Part shown: positions 1 through 14,378 of the stretch, piece by piece
Position numbering within the stretch: the stretch's first letter is position 1
Layout: each line of letters starts with the position of its first letter
Notes under the pieces: generated by a model
Databases searched by the model: none
Seen by the model: only the letters and a program-made list of their open reading frames with translations
What the model was told of the DNA's origin: nothing
Program-made: the position numbers and the translations under genes
Assembly (NCBI RefSeq): GCF_964355755.1
Contig: NC_092674.1
Span: 10,788,001-10,852,000 of the forward strand
Source of the DNA: Antedon mediterranea
Taxonomy: Eukaryota > Animalia > Echinodermata
Length of the DNA stretch: 64,000 nt
Direction: 5' to 3'

Positions 1-164
1 AAACACTTTTTGCAACTTCTCATCTTATCTTGGCTGCACGATTAGTTTTACCGAGTGAAAATCAGTCGGCAAGAATGACCAAACTAGTTTTATTGTTAAG
101 ACAGTACAATACAAACAGCATATATGTTGGTTAAACCAGGGAGTTGTTATTAGACTAGTTAAAC

Positions 165-199
165 CATGGAGGTATAAAAATTATATATATACCTCCATG
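165..199. mobile_element. 35-bp micro-MITE, P-element-like ends
   Basis: 12-bp TIR CATGGAGGTATA...TATACCTCCATG flanked by a perfect 7-bp direct repeat GTTAAAC (158-164, 200-206); second copy at 26929-26964. Confidence 0.7.
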
Positions 200-520
200 G
201 TTAAACTTACAGGAAATGGAGTTCATTTCACATTGTTAAGTTTGAAAGTTGTCTCTAAGGTAAAAGTATCAATTAATCCAAGTAACAACCGTGAGAGTGA
301 AGTGAACCACAGTGTGAATAAGACTTTAAAGTAAAATTAGTACTGGTTTTCCACTGACAGAAAGAAAAATTGGAAAGACAAAATGAACTTATGAAACTGG
401 TAAGTTTTAAGGAAAATAGATCTTAAATTTAGCTTCAACAACTGTTTTTCCTTGGACAGCTCCACATTAAATAATAAAAGCAAGGTTTTTGGGCTAGCAT
501 TTGTTGCCAACTAAACTTAC

Positions 521-712
521 CTCTCCAGGAAATGCTTTTCCATTGACAAGGTGCTCTGATCCACGCTGGCTGGTGTTTCCAAAGTGTAACCGGATTGTAG
601 TAAGAGTGTAGCTATAATCAAGAGGTCCTCCAAAAACTCTGAACTTTCTGTTGCTATTCGTATCAGTTTCAAACTGCAAATGGTGGCCAGTATTCTTTAT
701 TTTACCACTCAA
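521..712 (-). CDS. Carbonic anhydrase-related protein (CA10/CA11-like), coding exon 4; gene continues beyond the left edge
   Basis: 192 bp, phase 0/0, TTTGCAG acceptor and GTAAGT donor; LSGKIKNTGH...GGPLDYSY...IRLHFG...GSEHLVNGKAFPGE is the alpha-CA core; RLHFG replaces HFHWG as in CA10. Confidence 0.93.
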
Positions 713-749
713 CTGCAAAGAAGGCAAAGAAGCAATGTAATAATATTAA

Positions 750-960
750 AGATGTATTGTCCATGTAAAAAATACTTCTTTAACAATTTGTTGTTGAATA
801 TGCCATTTTAATGTCACATTTAAATATAGTTATCCACTTTGAAAAAAAATTGAATCAAAAAAAAAATAAATTACCTGAATTTTTTTTTTTTTATTTAAAG
901 CAAACAAAATAGTCAAATTTGCTGCCTGCCAATGGGTTTTTGGCTGAATTCAACCTATAT
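750..960. mobile_element. Kolobok-like MITE, partial
   Basis: TTAA|AGATGTATTGTCC end; body similar to 1532-1865 and 46608-46846; right boundary approximate. Confidence 0.55.
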
Positions 961-1531
961 AATTGTGTGCAATGCATATTTTTTTATTAATATATATCTT
1001 TATAAAATAATTATAGGTTTATCCATTTTCCTGTTTTGTAAACTTTTCTCATTTATTGTGTATGTATTGTTCGATTTATAAATGTTTGACGGCCTAATGC
1101 ATAAGCTTTGGCTGTTTTGAGTCATCCTCATTAAACAAAGTTTTCTTTAACTTTCAAAATAAACAAAATTTCTTTTTATTAATATTTTTTTTATTCTATA
1201 CTTTAAGATCTGGCACTCAGTTTAAAGTAGAAGTAAATAAACCATGGACTGTATATTGTTGATGAGCATAAAAATAAGAACATCTATCTGTATTCAAAAT
1301 ACACAATCTAAAAAACCATTTACAATTTATATGGTCTCTTATAAAATCAAAACTGATTAACCTAGAATTATATGATATTTATTCAAATAAATATTGAACA
1401 CTGCCTGGGGGAATAAAAACCGACTAGACTATTCTGTAAAAAATAATTGAAAACCAGTAGAAATATTAGCTAACAATGAAGTAAAATATTGTATTTTGAT
1501 TTCAGTACAATATCCAAATATAATTGTTTAA

Positions 1532-1865
1532 AGATCTATTGTCCCCCTGAGAAAATAATTAGTTTTTTGTTGAATATTCCATTTATAGTTATTCACTTTG
1601 ATCAAAAATTGGATTGAAAAAAAAATGATATACCTTAAAAAACTGTAATTGAAAGCAAAAAATAGTCAAATTTGCTGCCAGGCAATTGTTTCTTTTGGTT
1701 GGATTTAACTATTTTTATTGTCATTTTACAAGTATAGTAAAAAAAAAACATTTTTTTCTACAGAAGTGATTAACTTTGTTAAAACTATACCATGTCCTAT
1801 TCAAGGTCTGATTTTATTAATATTCATTTTTCATGTTTTTTAGGGAAAAAACATGTTTTCATTAA
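1532..1865. mobile_element. Kolobok-like MITE (TTAA target)
   Basis: TTAA|AGATCTATTGTCCCC left end and decayed right end; shares blocks such as CCTTAAAAAACTGTAATT and TTTTTTCTACAGAAGTGA with 46608-46846. Confidence 0.6.
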
Positions 1866-4800
1866 CTAAATACTCCATTAAACTCAAAGGATATCAAGAG
1901 TGCATTTTTCTTTATATGCCATTAGAAATTTGTATATGCAAGTTCTTGTTATATTCAATCGCGACCTTCAAATGATAAGGACATTGTACTTTAGATATAT
2001 AAAACAATTTTGTATTCATGCAATGGAACAAATATTTTCATCAAGTAAAAATAGAACATTTTATCTTTTACTTCATGGAAGTATTTGCACTCATAAACAT
2101 TCATTATCATGTATACAGTACTATAAATTGAAATGATAATCATTTAGTGAAGGAGAACATAATATGTCTAGTATTTTGTTAACATGTTACAATAATAATA
2201 CACCCACTCATCATAATTTAAATATTTAATTAAGATATATAGTCTGTGCATTTTTAAACATAAATTCTAAGAGAATATCACATTAGTAAAATCACTAAGG
2301 TTTTTAATACAACAGGGAAAATGTATGCATTGTTTGAATTCAACGACCATAAAGTTACACTCTCTTACATTCATCATTTGCAAGGCAATTTGTTTGTTGT
2401 CTCAAGAGTTGTGTGGGTACAAATGTTCTGAGCTGTAATAATAAACATGAAGAAATGTCTCCCATGAAAGTGTGTGTTGATAGGCAATAATGAAAGTATT
2501 CTTGTTCAAGATCAACTTAATCCTAATTTATAATATTAAATTTAACAATACAATTGTCATCTCCTAAAGTGTTTTCCAGTTGAAGTTGAGAATTCAACAA
2601 TTTTACAGAAAAAAGGGGTAAATATAAACATTTAAAATCTGCAATCTTGGAACGTTATGATCATTAAAATTGACGAATCAAATGGTTTACATATTTTGTG
2701 AACAAAATACGTACGCTCTGATAAATCTTGATTTTTACAATGCGACAATGTTTTTCACCTTTTTTATACACTTTTAAGGTCTGTAAAAACTAAATTATAA
2801 TATAAAAACAATTTATTATACATCTTTTGTCTTTAGGTGTAACGTTACGTTGACTGGAAAACAGGTTTCATTGATGGTATGTGGTATATGCTTGTCCACT
2901 CTGTGCACAATTTCAGGCTAACCCCATTCCAGATATGAATTTACTAGTAGACCAGATACAGTGAACCCACCCTCTCTCATCAAACTCTGGCTACAGCCTG
3001 GTATATTTAATCTAATTAATATTGAAGTCAAATCAATGATTGTTTGATGAAGAACAAGAGCTGCTCCACCAAAAACAAATACTATTAATATCTATAGCCT
3101 ATATATAGCCTATCTATAAATCTTTTGGGGCCCACAAATTCAATACTACAGCATTATAAAAAAAACATAATACAAAATGATATACTGTATATTATTTCTT
3201 TCAACAGATAGCTACCCAAAATAAACGCATACTATAAATATTTTTGTAGGATACTAATGCATGCAGCCCTAAGGCTCTGAGACGGCAGAGTTTTTTCTTT
3301 CTTCAGGTTATTATTGATTTGGCATGTTACTGTATCTTGCTAAGTATGTATTAAAATGTAGAAATAGAGGCCATCAATTACTTAGTGGCGAGACAGTTTA
3401 AATTAGTTTTATTTCTGGGACATGGAAGGCCTATTGAGTAACAATTCCATAGTTCATATTCTCAAACTTCTAAAATTAATTTTTTTTAAATCCTAGTTTC
3501 ATCTTTTATGGATTCATTTTTATTTGATTCGAATTTTACGATAACCATCTCAAACTACAGTAGATTAGATGTTACAAGTAAATAACCTTCATCTTCAAGT
3601 TACTTTGTGTCGAGTACTGTCGCCAAACGGTGCTCATTTGTCTGTCCACAGAGTCGACAGGGGCTGGCTATTATTATAATTTTACCTTAGAAGATACTCA
3701 GCAGATCACGATTCATACATAGGTATAAGGTCTATTTGCAATGTTTATTTGAACATGAACTGTCAACAACATCTTCTTTCCCGCTGCGAGTGTCGGACAT
3801 TGAACTACGGGCATAGTCCCTCATTACCAATAATTTGTACATTAATTTTCTGTTGTGTACAAATATTGTATAGCTACATCATTGAATGTTATCAGAAGAA
3901 ATGTGCACTTGGCATCCTTTACAGAAATCTCAACAAAGTCTGTAGTTTATGAATTGTTATCATAATCCCTATAACGTTCCATAGACAATATTTGTGCGTA
4001 TACAATTATGAGTGATATGGCTTCACAAAAATTTAAATAATTTTATACTATTAATAAAAAATCTAAATCCAATTTGAGAGGTTTTTCATATTTGACGATA
4101 TTTGGACCACCCAACAAAGTGTCCCCTTAACAGGGGTTGGTTGTTCATATTTCACGGAAAAGTGCCCTTTCACACCTTCTTCGGTCCGACTCGGACTCCA
4201 GTTCAGGTTTGCGTCAGATTGCACGTACAGCATTGGTGCCATGTGGGTCACGCGAGTATTGAGTAAAAATATTGCCGCAAGTGGCATGATGCGTCATGAA
4301 AACGCCTCCTGAATAGTGTTACTATCTCAAAGGAGGGGTATTACTGTTCATTATTAATATTTTAATTTTTTTTGGCTTTTGGGTATTATAACATTATAGT
4401 AGTAGCATTCTTGTTTTACATGCAATTTGATATCATTGATGAATGTAAAACGTATCTTTTTTACCATTGTAACATATCGGGATTCATTTCTCGTTAACAC
4501 TATCAATTAGCATATTAGCAGAGGGCACTGACCAGAGAGATCCTTTGACTGCGTATGTGGATGATCTTTTAGTAATCCTTTCATTAACATGATTCTCACT
4601 TGTGGGAATTTTAGGATTTACAGTCTTAAAAGTTAAAACTTTCTATCACAAACATCATGAATAAAACAGTATGTGCGGTAATGTCCTAAATAAAATCAAT
4701 TTTTTTTCCTCACTGACATTTAAGATGTAAACTTAACCTGTAATGAATGTAAAATACATTAATTAAAAGTACTAGGATTGATGTCAAATGCATTTATAAT

Positions 4801-7800
4801 TAACACTTATTGATTTTTATGAAAACAGAATTTAAATTAAGGCAGTAAATCCTGATCGTAATTGCTAAAGACGATTTTAACTTTCAATAATAAAAATAAG
4901 ATTATCGATATGAGATTTAGTTTAATTTCATCACTATAAATGTCATTGACATTCACCTGTGCATACCATACTATGCTGTAATCATAGAAACCGAGCTTTG
5001 TTCTCATTTGGACGCAATACACTGACGTAAGCACGCAGCAAGTAATTTAACCAATCATGACGCAACGGATCAGTCAAATTTTCGTGCCTACAGTTTACCT
5101 GGATAAACTGACAATAGCCCTTGCTCTTCCCAGGGAGAGCAAAGTTCATTAAGCACCCCTACAACATAATGGACTGATCTGTGAATCAAACTTTTCATAA
5201 ATATATATTTCATACCCCAGCTTTTACTCATATTTCTATTAAATAAGGATAAATATTCTGTTGTAGGCCTTTCATTAAAAAAACATGTTATAAGCTAATG
5301 AAAGTAAGCAAGAAAGAACGTACCTTTTGGCCATGTAAACGTCCTTCCTGAAAACGTGATATTTAGGGAATCAAGTTTTGCACTTGCTTTTTATTAATTG
5401 AGTTTAAAATAGCTTTTATTACGAGGCATACAGTAGTACATTAGTAGTAATTGTAGCCTTTTTATTACTTTCCATGAATGTTGATTAATCTAGTCATACT
5501 GACGACACGGATCTCTTAGTGGGAGCAATAAAAGATGTTTCCAGCTATAGAAACTGACGAAGGTGTGTGAAATATGCCTACAGTTCGTCTCCTAGTAAAG
5601 AGCATCTTCACTGGATTATAGACAATTTCTTTACGGATGAATGAATATGTTTTTGGACTAATGCTGAATAAATGAATGAAATCATGTTTGAGAACATTTT
5701 AACTGTCTACAAGGAATAAATCTTGTTAACTATACAAAAACAATAATTTAAATCTTCTTGAGGATGGCAAAATAAAGTTTAGTATTAATATTATTCTCCA
5801 CCCACATCCCACTATTTTATACCAATTAATATTATTAAATAAAAAATAAAAACAAATTGTATCACTAGTTACGGCCATTGATTTTGTTATACATTATCTC
5901 TTCACTTTGAAATATATATAAGCTGAAAAAATGAAAGCAATACTGGATATGGAACTTTAGACTTTACCTTTGACTTTACGAAAATAAAAGATGCTAAAGA
6001 AATATTGTGCTGTGTGAATTAGATGATTGGCGCAAATACTAACGAAAGTATAAAATGCCAAACTATATTATTTTGGGTTTTTCGTGGTGTATTAATTATT
6101 TGATATTATATAACATAAAAAAAAGGACATAAATTGAATAAAAACACCTTGCTGCGGAAACATGAATTGTTTTAACAACTTAAAAGTTGTTTTCCTGTTA
6201 AACAATCAAACCATTTGAAATCGTTTTGTTTGTGTGTGTTAATTTTTATTCATTGACAAATTTTTTTATGTCAATGGTTTTGATATTTCGCAATTTTTTT
6301 GTGTGTGGTAGATTTGTTACCTATTTCAAAATTAATTAAAATAAAAAAATAATAAAAAAATAGTTAAATTGTGGTCTACCAGTAACCCGTGCTCTGCATG
6401 GTCTTGTCTGCCTTAATAATAACTATCATTTATGCTATCTTATCAATCATGACGTCATTTTATTGGACGTGTGAAAATATCATTTTCATCAAAGGAAGCA
6501 TAGATGGTCATCCTATAGTTATAGGATGAAAACTTGTTAGATTTCTTTTGTTTTAAGTGTAAAAAATGTATTTTTATCTATTATCGTTGATCGTTATCAT
6601 CCTAGTTTAGTGTAAATGGGCCTTTAGCATATTCTCGCTATAAAGATGAAATTAAAATATTCTTCTTTTCTATAAAAACACATATTCTACTAGTGTATCC
6701 TTCCCATTTGATTGGTTTATTTTGTATCATTTTAATAATTAGGGGTATACTATTAGCATGGCCAACTTTTTGTAAACTTTTTCAGGATTACCCCTCCAAT
6801 CACATCTCAGTGTTATACAAATTTTAGTCTAATCTTATTATTATTTTATGACGATTCGGAAATATGTTTAAGGGAGAGACAAGATAGTATTATGGCTCAT
6901 CACTAATTAAAATTTCTCTTGTTCAATTAAATCTTTATACCAACTGCACAGTAGTACAAAAAAAACAACCCAAAAATGATTTTGGAAATCCAATGTTTTC
7001 CAAATTTGTTTTTAAAAACTTGCGCAGTTCTTCCTATAATCACAAACAATTCTACTTTATGATACAGCATATAGTATAGGTCTATTTATTTGAATTTTAT
7101 GAGTTTCAAGTCTCTAAGTATCCTATCTACTTAAACAAGCCTAATAAATAAAACTATTATAACGATGATATTATGATTTTAAATAAACTGCAACAAGACA
7201 TTGGATATGACCCAGGGGATTGTTCTCATTAAAGCCGATGATTGATATACTTAGATAGCATATTATAGCTATTACGTTGAAGAGGTCACATGTACTTAAT
7301 CGGTAATGATAATGAGCACAACAACCTGTCTTTTTTTACATTTTAAATATCATTTTTTATTGCATAAATTAGGTCAAAATGTGACATTTTTTCTTTCAAT
7401 ATCGCATACATTTTACATTGTTTTTTTTCTATTTTTTTAATAATAACTTGTTCTTTTGTGTTTGTAAAATTATGTATTTTAGCAAGGCGATTATACTAAG
7501 GATGTTTCTTTTTAGGGTAAGCGATCTTAGTGATTTACACTTAGACGATATTGGATTCCTAACTAAATAAACTACTACCAGCTAATTACATTTATTAACA
7601 GTTGTAATAACTATTCTAATTTTATTGATGACCCTTTGGGATTTAAAAGGATTAGCCAAAGGTCATTGACCTATAGTATCTTAATCCTGAAAATGATTAC
7701 ATGCATTGTATATTAAAATAATTTTAATGAATAGACAATCTAAAAATATTTAAATATTTTTATAATTAGTTTATTTAAATCATTCTTATTGCTATGAATT

Positions 7801-9194
7801 ATTTAACGACAAACTAAACTATTTGAATATCAAATATAAATTTACAGAAGAAACATTATTAAACTATAGAATTGTAAATAGAGTTATATCTGTCATCGTT
7901 TCCTATTAAATTCATGGCATTTAGTATCCGGCTCCAGGGAGCCGGTAACAATTATATGTGAAACGGTACCGTTCCCAGGAGACCAGCTAATAAAGATGAA
8001 ACTCAAGAAAAACGAAAAAACAATATACATGCTACACTGATCAAGAATGAAGTTGGTCTAAAATCAATATCGTATAAAAACATGCGATCTTACACCCATG
8101 AGGTAAACGAAGAAGAAACGGAATCCGTCTAGTATTCCTTCTTTTTCCGCTGGGGAAAGAAAGAATTTATTTGCGTAAACATCACATTTTTACGCAATAT
8201 TTCAAAGTACCGTACAGACCATTTTCCGCTTTGATTGTCTGTGAATTTTCAACCAAACTACAAACTGTACCAGGCAACTATCTAGACGTATTTGCATAAG
8301 GAAGATGGGGTAAGGGGTTAAAAAATGAACACATGTATAAACAATAACACTTGGAAGACTGAGGAAGGGTTAGTGTTGCCCAAAAGCTCTGCAATTTCTT
8401 TGGATATGTGCGCTATATAAATTAATAGTATTTATTCTGGTCTTCAAGTTCAATTGGAAACTGAGGAAATTTGAATTTAGGACCTAAATGGCAGCCTACC
8501 AGATCAGCACATTGTGGCCAAATTTTACTTTATTGTTTTGATTTAGTTTTGCTTAATTTGATTTCTTTTCAATAATTTGCCTTTTGATTTATAAATAACA
8601 CTACTAATATAAATTAAAAATATACACTAGGGAAATTTAACATCCTAAATTGGAATAGATGCCTGTAAAGGGTGGGAGGGGTGACATGGTGTTTAAAGAA
8701 TGCACCCCCTCTGGATATGTCACTATACATACTGTACTGTGTGAAAATAACAAAATTATAAAAATATAAATAATATATAACATCATTCACATTGTAACTA
8801 ATAAACTTATGATTATGAACAATAATAATAACTGCACTTGGAGATATAATAGCTAATTTTATGGTTATTATTGAGACAATGACCCTATAACCAGTCAATA
8901 TTTGTATAATACATACATTTTAAAAATCAATATTACTAAACAATTTCCACATACCAAAAGGAAAGAAAATGATTGATGTGATAATAGCTTTTTGTATATT
9001 AATGTCAAAGATTTTAATAACTTTATGCTGTCAAAAGTAATAAAAAAGAAGTCATCAAAAATTTAAAAAGCCTAGAACATGATAATTACAAATCATATTC
9101 ATATTTTTATTTTTTTTTTATGTATAATTAATCTGCTTAACATGAAAAACACTGCTCTATGATATAAATACTGAAAATTAATTTTTAAGCTTTG

Positions 9195-9350
9195 AAGGAA
9201 ATCTGTGAGAATGAAAAAATTTGCCACAACCAAGATTCAAACCAAACATCTTCTGCTTGATAGTATTCTACCAATAAACCAACAATACATTTGCATAGCC
9301 TCAAATTCTAACATAACACTCTCAGTGTGGTATGGTGGAAAATCACTAGT
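9195..9350 (-). repeat. Degenerate copy of the tRNA-containing repeat at 12588-12820
   Basis: GGAAATCTGTGAGAATGA...AACCAAGA...CTGCTTGATA...CACTAGT aligns with the 12588 copy. Confidence 0.6.
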
Positions 9351-10645
9351 AATCACAATTTTTTTAATAAGATTTTGACAATTATTCTATTTTGACTATT
9401 GATTCTGAAATGATTTGATGGAACTTTAGACATCATTAATTAATTAATCAACAGATTTTTTCCAATGAAAAGATTTTTTAATAAATGATTGTTTCAAATT
9501 AATTCGTAAGTATTCCAATGGTTAAACCTGAGGTATATATACACATTATTTAGCTGATATTGGTATTCATGTGATCAAGGATTGACCCAACTTATGACAT
9601 TGAAATGCTACCAATGAAACTACTACGTTTAAACCCACGCACAGCGGACCTAAATATTCAGAAAATCTATACAAACAAATATTTTAAACCAAATTCATTT
9701 GAACTGAATAAGTTTGAATTTATCAATTTATGTCTCAACAATTTGACACCCATATAGGCATGACAAACCTATTCACGTGAAACAAGACAGTCCAATGTTA
9801 TGAAACTTAAGGTCCCTTTTTTGTGTTAGTGGAACAAATATATGGAACAATTTGCCCGTTGATTTGAGAACCGAGACTTTTGTAAGGGTCATCAAATCAA
9901 AATTATTTGATGTGTTTATTAATAATTTAGTCTCTCCTGAGTTTGTAACAATGTATAATGTTGTATGAAGGGCCCCAATGAAAACCAGTTTAAAATGTTT
10001 GAGCTACTTTGGGTAAAGAAATGTAATAATAATATTAATAATAACAGTACAGTAATTATTATTATCACCAGCATCAGCTCACACTTCACTAAACACTGAA
10101 ATGACCATCCTCCAGAAAGATTTAAAACAAAATTTATTATTCTGTTTTATAATAGACGAGGTAAAGTTTGTTGGATGTGATAACGATTAAAAAGACACAA
10201 CAAACCTGTTTTTATCCATCACCGATATCAACAGAATCTGATTTGGACTACATAATAGCTTGTTTTTAAAAGTTCCTACATCCATTAAATTTATCTGAAT
10301 GATGATAGAAGTTCTTTTGCGATGTACACCGCTCAAAGAATCCCGTTTCGTCGTTAATCATTCGAAATGTGATTTATTTATCGCGACAAAGTCATTCTAA
10401 CTTGATGATTTTGACCAAGTTTTCTTTCACAGCGTTTGAATAATAATTTCAATACAATTCAAGAAGCACTGTACATTCCTCTGGTGTAATTTTGACTCAA
10501 TAAACGAACATTTTAATTGATTTAAATTGAATTAAATTATTAAAAGTAAGTTAAAGTAATTAAACTCAAGTTTTAATCATAAAGATTAAAATATCTCATT
10601 TTTATCAGTTCAAATTATCAAAAGAGAACTAAATTTGTGGTGTAG

Positions 10646-10720
10646 TAGAGCTGTAGGTTGGTGGTTAGCGTGCTTGCCTTCCAATCCCAAGGTTCAATCA
10701 TGAACTAGTGCCAGGGATGT
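10646..10720 (+). mobile_element. tRNA-derived SINE head, degenerate
   Basis: GGTGGTTAGCGTGCTTGCC...GGTTCAATC A/B-box-like motifs; a decayed inverted copy lies near 28040-28110. Confidence 0.4.
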
Positions 10721-10814
10721 AAGTCATATCTTTGTGTCTTTTATATCTAAAAAATGTAAATTAACAGTGGCACACAAAATGAAAAAGATGAAATGATAAA
10801 GATGAAAAAATCAG

Positions 10815-10990
10815 TTAGAATGAGAAAAATCTGCCCCAAACAAGAACTTGGAAACCTTCTGCTTGTTATGCAGATGTCCTAACAAAATGTGATTGGATAG
10901 AGTCACTTTAACATCCTTTGCATTTTACAGCAGAACAGCGCTAGTTCTCATTGTACGCAAACTTAACAGAGATCAAATTAATACGCCCTA
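10815..10990 (-). repeat. Degenerate copy of the tRNA-containing repeat at 12588-12820
   Basis: GAATGAGAAAAA...CTGCTTGTTATGCAGATGTCCTAAC...GATTGGATAG...CAGAGATCAAATTAATACGCCCT. Confidence 0.7.
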
Positions 10991-11522
10991 AACTAGAAAA
11001 AATGTAATGTATGGGTTGAACCTATTGTTGTGAGAGTTACTTTTCATATTCAAAGGAGAGAACTATGATAAAAATAAGAAAATATTAAAGTTATAATGTC
11101 TCTTTAATTTATCAACAAACATACATCACCATAGAACTGAAAGCATGAAGATGATATGCATAAATGAAATTGTCATTCCAAGTGTGAATTCTCTACCCTG
11201 ATTCTAAATCAGAATTTGCAACAAATCAATAATGAATTAATTTAGAAAATTCATCAAATGTTTGCAGCATAAAACTATTTTTTCTACCAACCAATAATTC
11301 AAGGAACTCAAAGTTATTAATGCGTATGTTCTAAAGAATATTAAACTTCAAATAAGATTTTTATAACAATATCTCTGGGTGTATCCTTGCCATTTCACAT
11401 GTCGTTCAGTATTTACACAGTAGGCTTAAGTATCCTCAGTGTCCTTAAATATAACCTTTTAATTGGTTAATTCTTTTATTTAATTCATTTTAATTTAATA
11501 TTACGTTCAGTATTATTGTTAA

Positions 11523-11768
11523 CATTTAATGGTTCTATTGCATAGTAACCCATTTAATAGTTCTATTGCACAGTACATCCCATTTAATGGTTCTATTGCA
11601 CAGCCCATTTAATGGTTCTATTACACAGTACACCCCATTTAATGGTTCTGTTGCAGAGTACAACCCATTTAATGGTTCTATTGCACAGCCCATTTAATGG
11701 TTCTATTACACAGTACACCCCATTTAATAGTTCTATTGCACATTACAACACATTTGAAGGTTCTATTC
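11523..11768. repeat. Minisatellite, about 9 units of roughly 24-30 bp
   Basis: CCCATTTAATGGTTCTATTGCACAG(TACAC) repeated. Confidence 0.9.
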
Positions 11769-12587
11769 TAGCAAGTTTTGTAAAAGGTTTAAGAATTTTG
11801 TGCAGTGCAATTCATTGAAAAGCCTGACTGAATAGTCACAATTTTACCATAATTGACATGAAATTAAAGGTAGAAGGTTATTAATTTCTGCATAATTTTT
11901 CTACATGAAGAAGGGTCTATAAAATGTTGTGGTTTTGAAACATTTAAAAAAATTTATTATGCATACAATTTTAAATTCCATCTCACACATAGCCATACAT
12001 TTGTTGATGTTAATTTGCATATGGCACATAGGCAGAATAACAAGTTGGATAAAAAACCTAAAATCAATAGGAATAACCTAATGGAAATTGGAAATGTAAA
12101 TGTTTGTTCTAAATAAAAAGAATCAAGCAAGAGTTTTGAAACTAAGAAGTGGCCATGTTGCATAGTGTGAAATTGTATATTGAATTAGAAACTTCCTGCC
12201 TATAAAAATAGATTTGTATTTATATAGTTGTTATAATGAACTTTCAAATAGGAAAACATATTTTGCATGATAGATCTTTGTTAACTACTGTATACTGAAT
12301 TTAAAATCTTCCTCATGTATGTAAATTAGTAATTTGCATATTTTATAGAAATAAAACTGATGATGTATGTATGAAACATCTCTGAAAAGTTGTATTATAG
12401 TTGTTTGATGTAAATAGAAAAACATATTTTACATTTAATATTTAATTAAAAACTTTTATGTAAATTATTGATTGATTGATTGAAATATATATTTATATAT
12501 ATATATATATAAATAAATCAGGCAAAGAACATTAATTCTAAATTTGTGATATACTGAAATTTAATTAATTAATTTGAAATGATAAAG

Positions 12588-12820
12588 ATGGAGGAAATCT
12601 GTGAGAATGAGAAAAAGTCGCCCTAACCAAGACTCGAACTCGGACCGCCTGCTTGATATGCAGATGTCCTAACCATTAGACCACTGGGGCTTTCATGGTA
12701 TTGTTCGAACTCGATTGGATAGCGACTCTTTAACATTCTCGGCGTGGTACGGCGGAACAGCACTAGTCCTCAGTTGTATGCACGCGCACCAGAGATCAAA
12801 TTGATACGCCCTCATCTTAC
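12588..12820 (-). mobile_element. Interspersed repeat carrying an internal tRNA-like module (12619-12690, ATC anticodon)
   Basis: GCCCCAGTGGTCTAATGGTTAGGAC-ATCTGCATATCAAGCAGG-CGGTCCGAGTTCGAGTCTTGGTTAGGGCG folds as a cloverleaf and is followed by TTTTT; three copies in the window. Confidence 0.7.
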
Positions 12821-12851
12821 AGTATTTTTATTCACGATATATATATATATA

Positions 12852-13030
12852 CTGAGTAACCTCTTCAGTCAAAGACTGGTCTCCCAGAGGGCCCAGTTAT
12901 GATCAGTGGCTGTGATGTCCTAATACACCGGGGTAACCCCCTACTCTCGAAAGATGTACTAGGTTCTTTAAAGTGCACATGAGCTAGATGTGTACACTGG
13001 ACTTACGGTTAATAGTCCTTATCCGAGAAA
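12852..13030 (-). mobile_element. SINE fragment with a conserved invertebrate central domain (Nin/Meta type, uncertain)
   Basis: CCCTACTCT...GGTTCTTTAAAGTGC...TACGGTTAATAGTCCTTATCCGAGAA resembles a widespread invertebrate SINE core; recognised from memory, not searched. Confidence 0.5.
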
Positions 13031-14378
13031 TATAAAATGTTCTTTCTGAATTTATAGGTCTTATCAAGAAAAAGAATCAACAGTATAGTATACAGGTAGG
13101 TGACATATAGTACCTTACCCTAGTGTTGACAAAAATAACAGTTGTGTAATATAACCTTGACATTACCAATAAATGTAATGGTGGCAACTATTAATGATTT
13201 ACAACATAATTAATCAATAATGACAATACATAAACTCCCTGGTATACCAGAGCCAAGAAATGAGTGTGACTTCATTGTAACTCAAAAGTTTTTTTTTTAA
13301 GTTTAAAAGTATTTTCCAACTCACAACTAGATAGTATAGTAATGAGTACATTACAGTTTTATGGCTATATTTCTAAACAACCATTTACACAGTATCACCT
13401 TATTAGCCAATCGAAGTGCAAAAGTCAACCACCTCGCATTGCATAACATCCCAGTCAAAATGTTTACTAAAATGCTGAACAAGCAATAACATTTACTGTG
13501 CACGAAAACTAATAGTAATACTAAGCAGCATGTGATACGAAAGTATTACCAAATAGATAGTAAGGATAAATTATTAGATTTCTCCTGTATTAACTAAACA
13601 ACTTTATTTTTAGGTATATTTCTCAATTTATTTATCAGAATCTAAAAGTTATGAGCTAAATTTGGTACAAATAAATACATGCTACTTCAGGTTATTAATC
13701 TTATTTTTATTTAAAACTGATTTTATATTTTTTTTTAAATTATAACTGAAAAAAAAATTGTTTAATATCTACAACATGCAATGTCAAGAATGTCTAATTA
13801 AAGAGGCTGTGTTTGGTCCCTTATAGTCTGACGAGTTTTACTGATTCCTAAAATAGCACACAAAAATATAGATTTGATTTCTGTGATGACAAGACTCAAT
13901 CACAATGATTTTTTAAAATAAAAATGCTATTGCATCATCCGATCAGTAAGATCAAAAGCTGTTCATTTAAACTTTACTTAACCATAGAGGCCTAAATGAA
14001 CTCACAAAGTTTAGCTCTAAAATTAATGTAGTCACAGAAAATATGGGAAATTGTTATTGGTTGTCTATGAGTGCTAGATATGTCACAAAAAATGATGATA
14101 ATGATGTTAATTGTCGAATAACTGTGTTTCCACTTGATGTCAGGGTTTATTGATTGTACTATTATCAATGAATTTTATATATTTTCTGTGTTGTAGCGGG
14201 AGAGAATAAGGCCAATATCGGTTTATCCAGGTAAGCAAGCAAGAAGGACAATATGACTTTTGTTTCCTTCATTGAACAAGAAGAACGTTTTTTTTCCCTT
14301 AAATTTGTCTACATACAGTTTCTCCATAGACACCGGTACTAAGTATGAGAAATCAATTGTAATAAAAGTTGTTCCTAC

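Noticed and set aside
12619-12690. Functional tRNA-Asp gene
   Set aside because: Acceptor-stem mismatch, non-standard ATC anticodon and location inside a multi-copy decaying repeat; kept only as a tRNA-like module
14223-14378. C-terminal part of ORF 14223-14480
   Set aside because: Read-through past the GTAGGA donor; CA similarity stops at GENE
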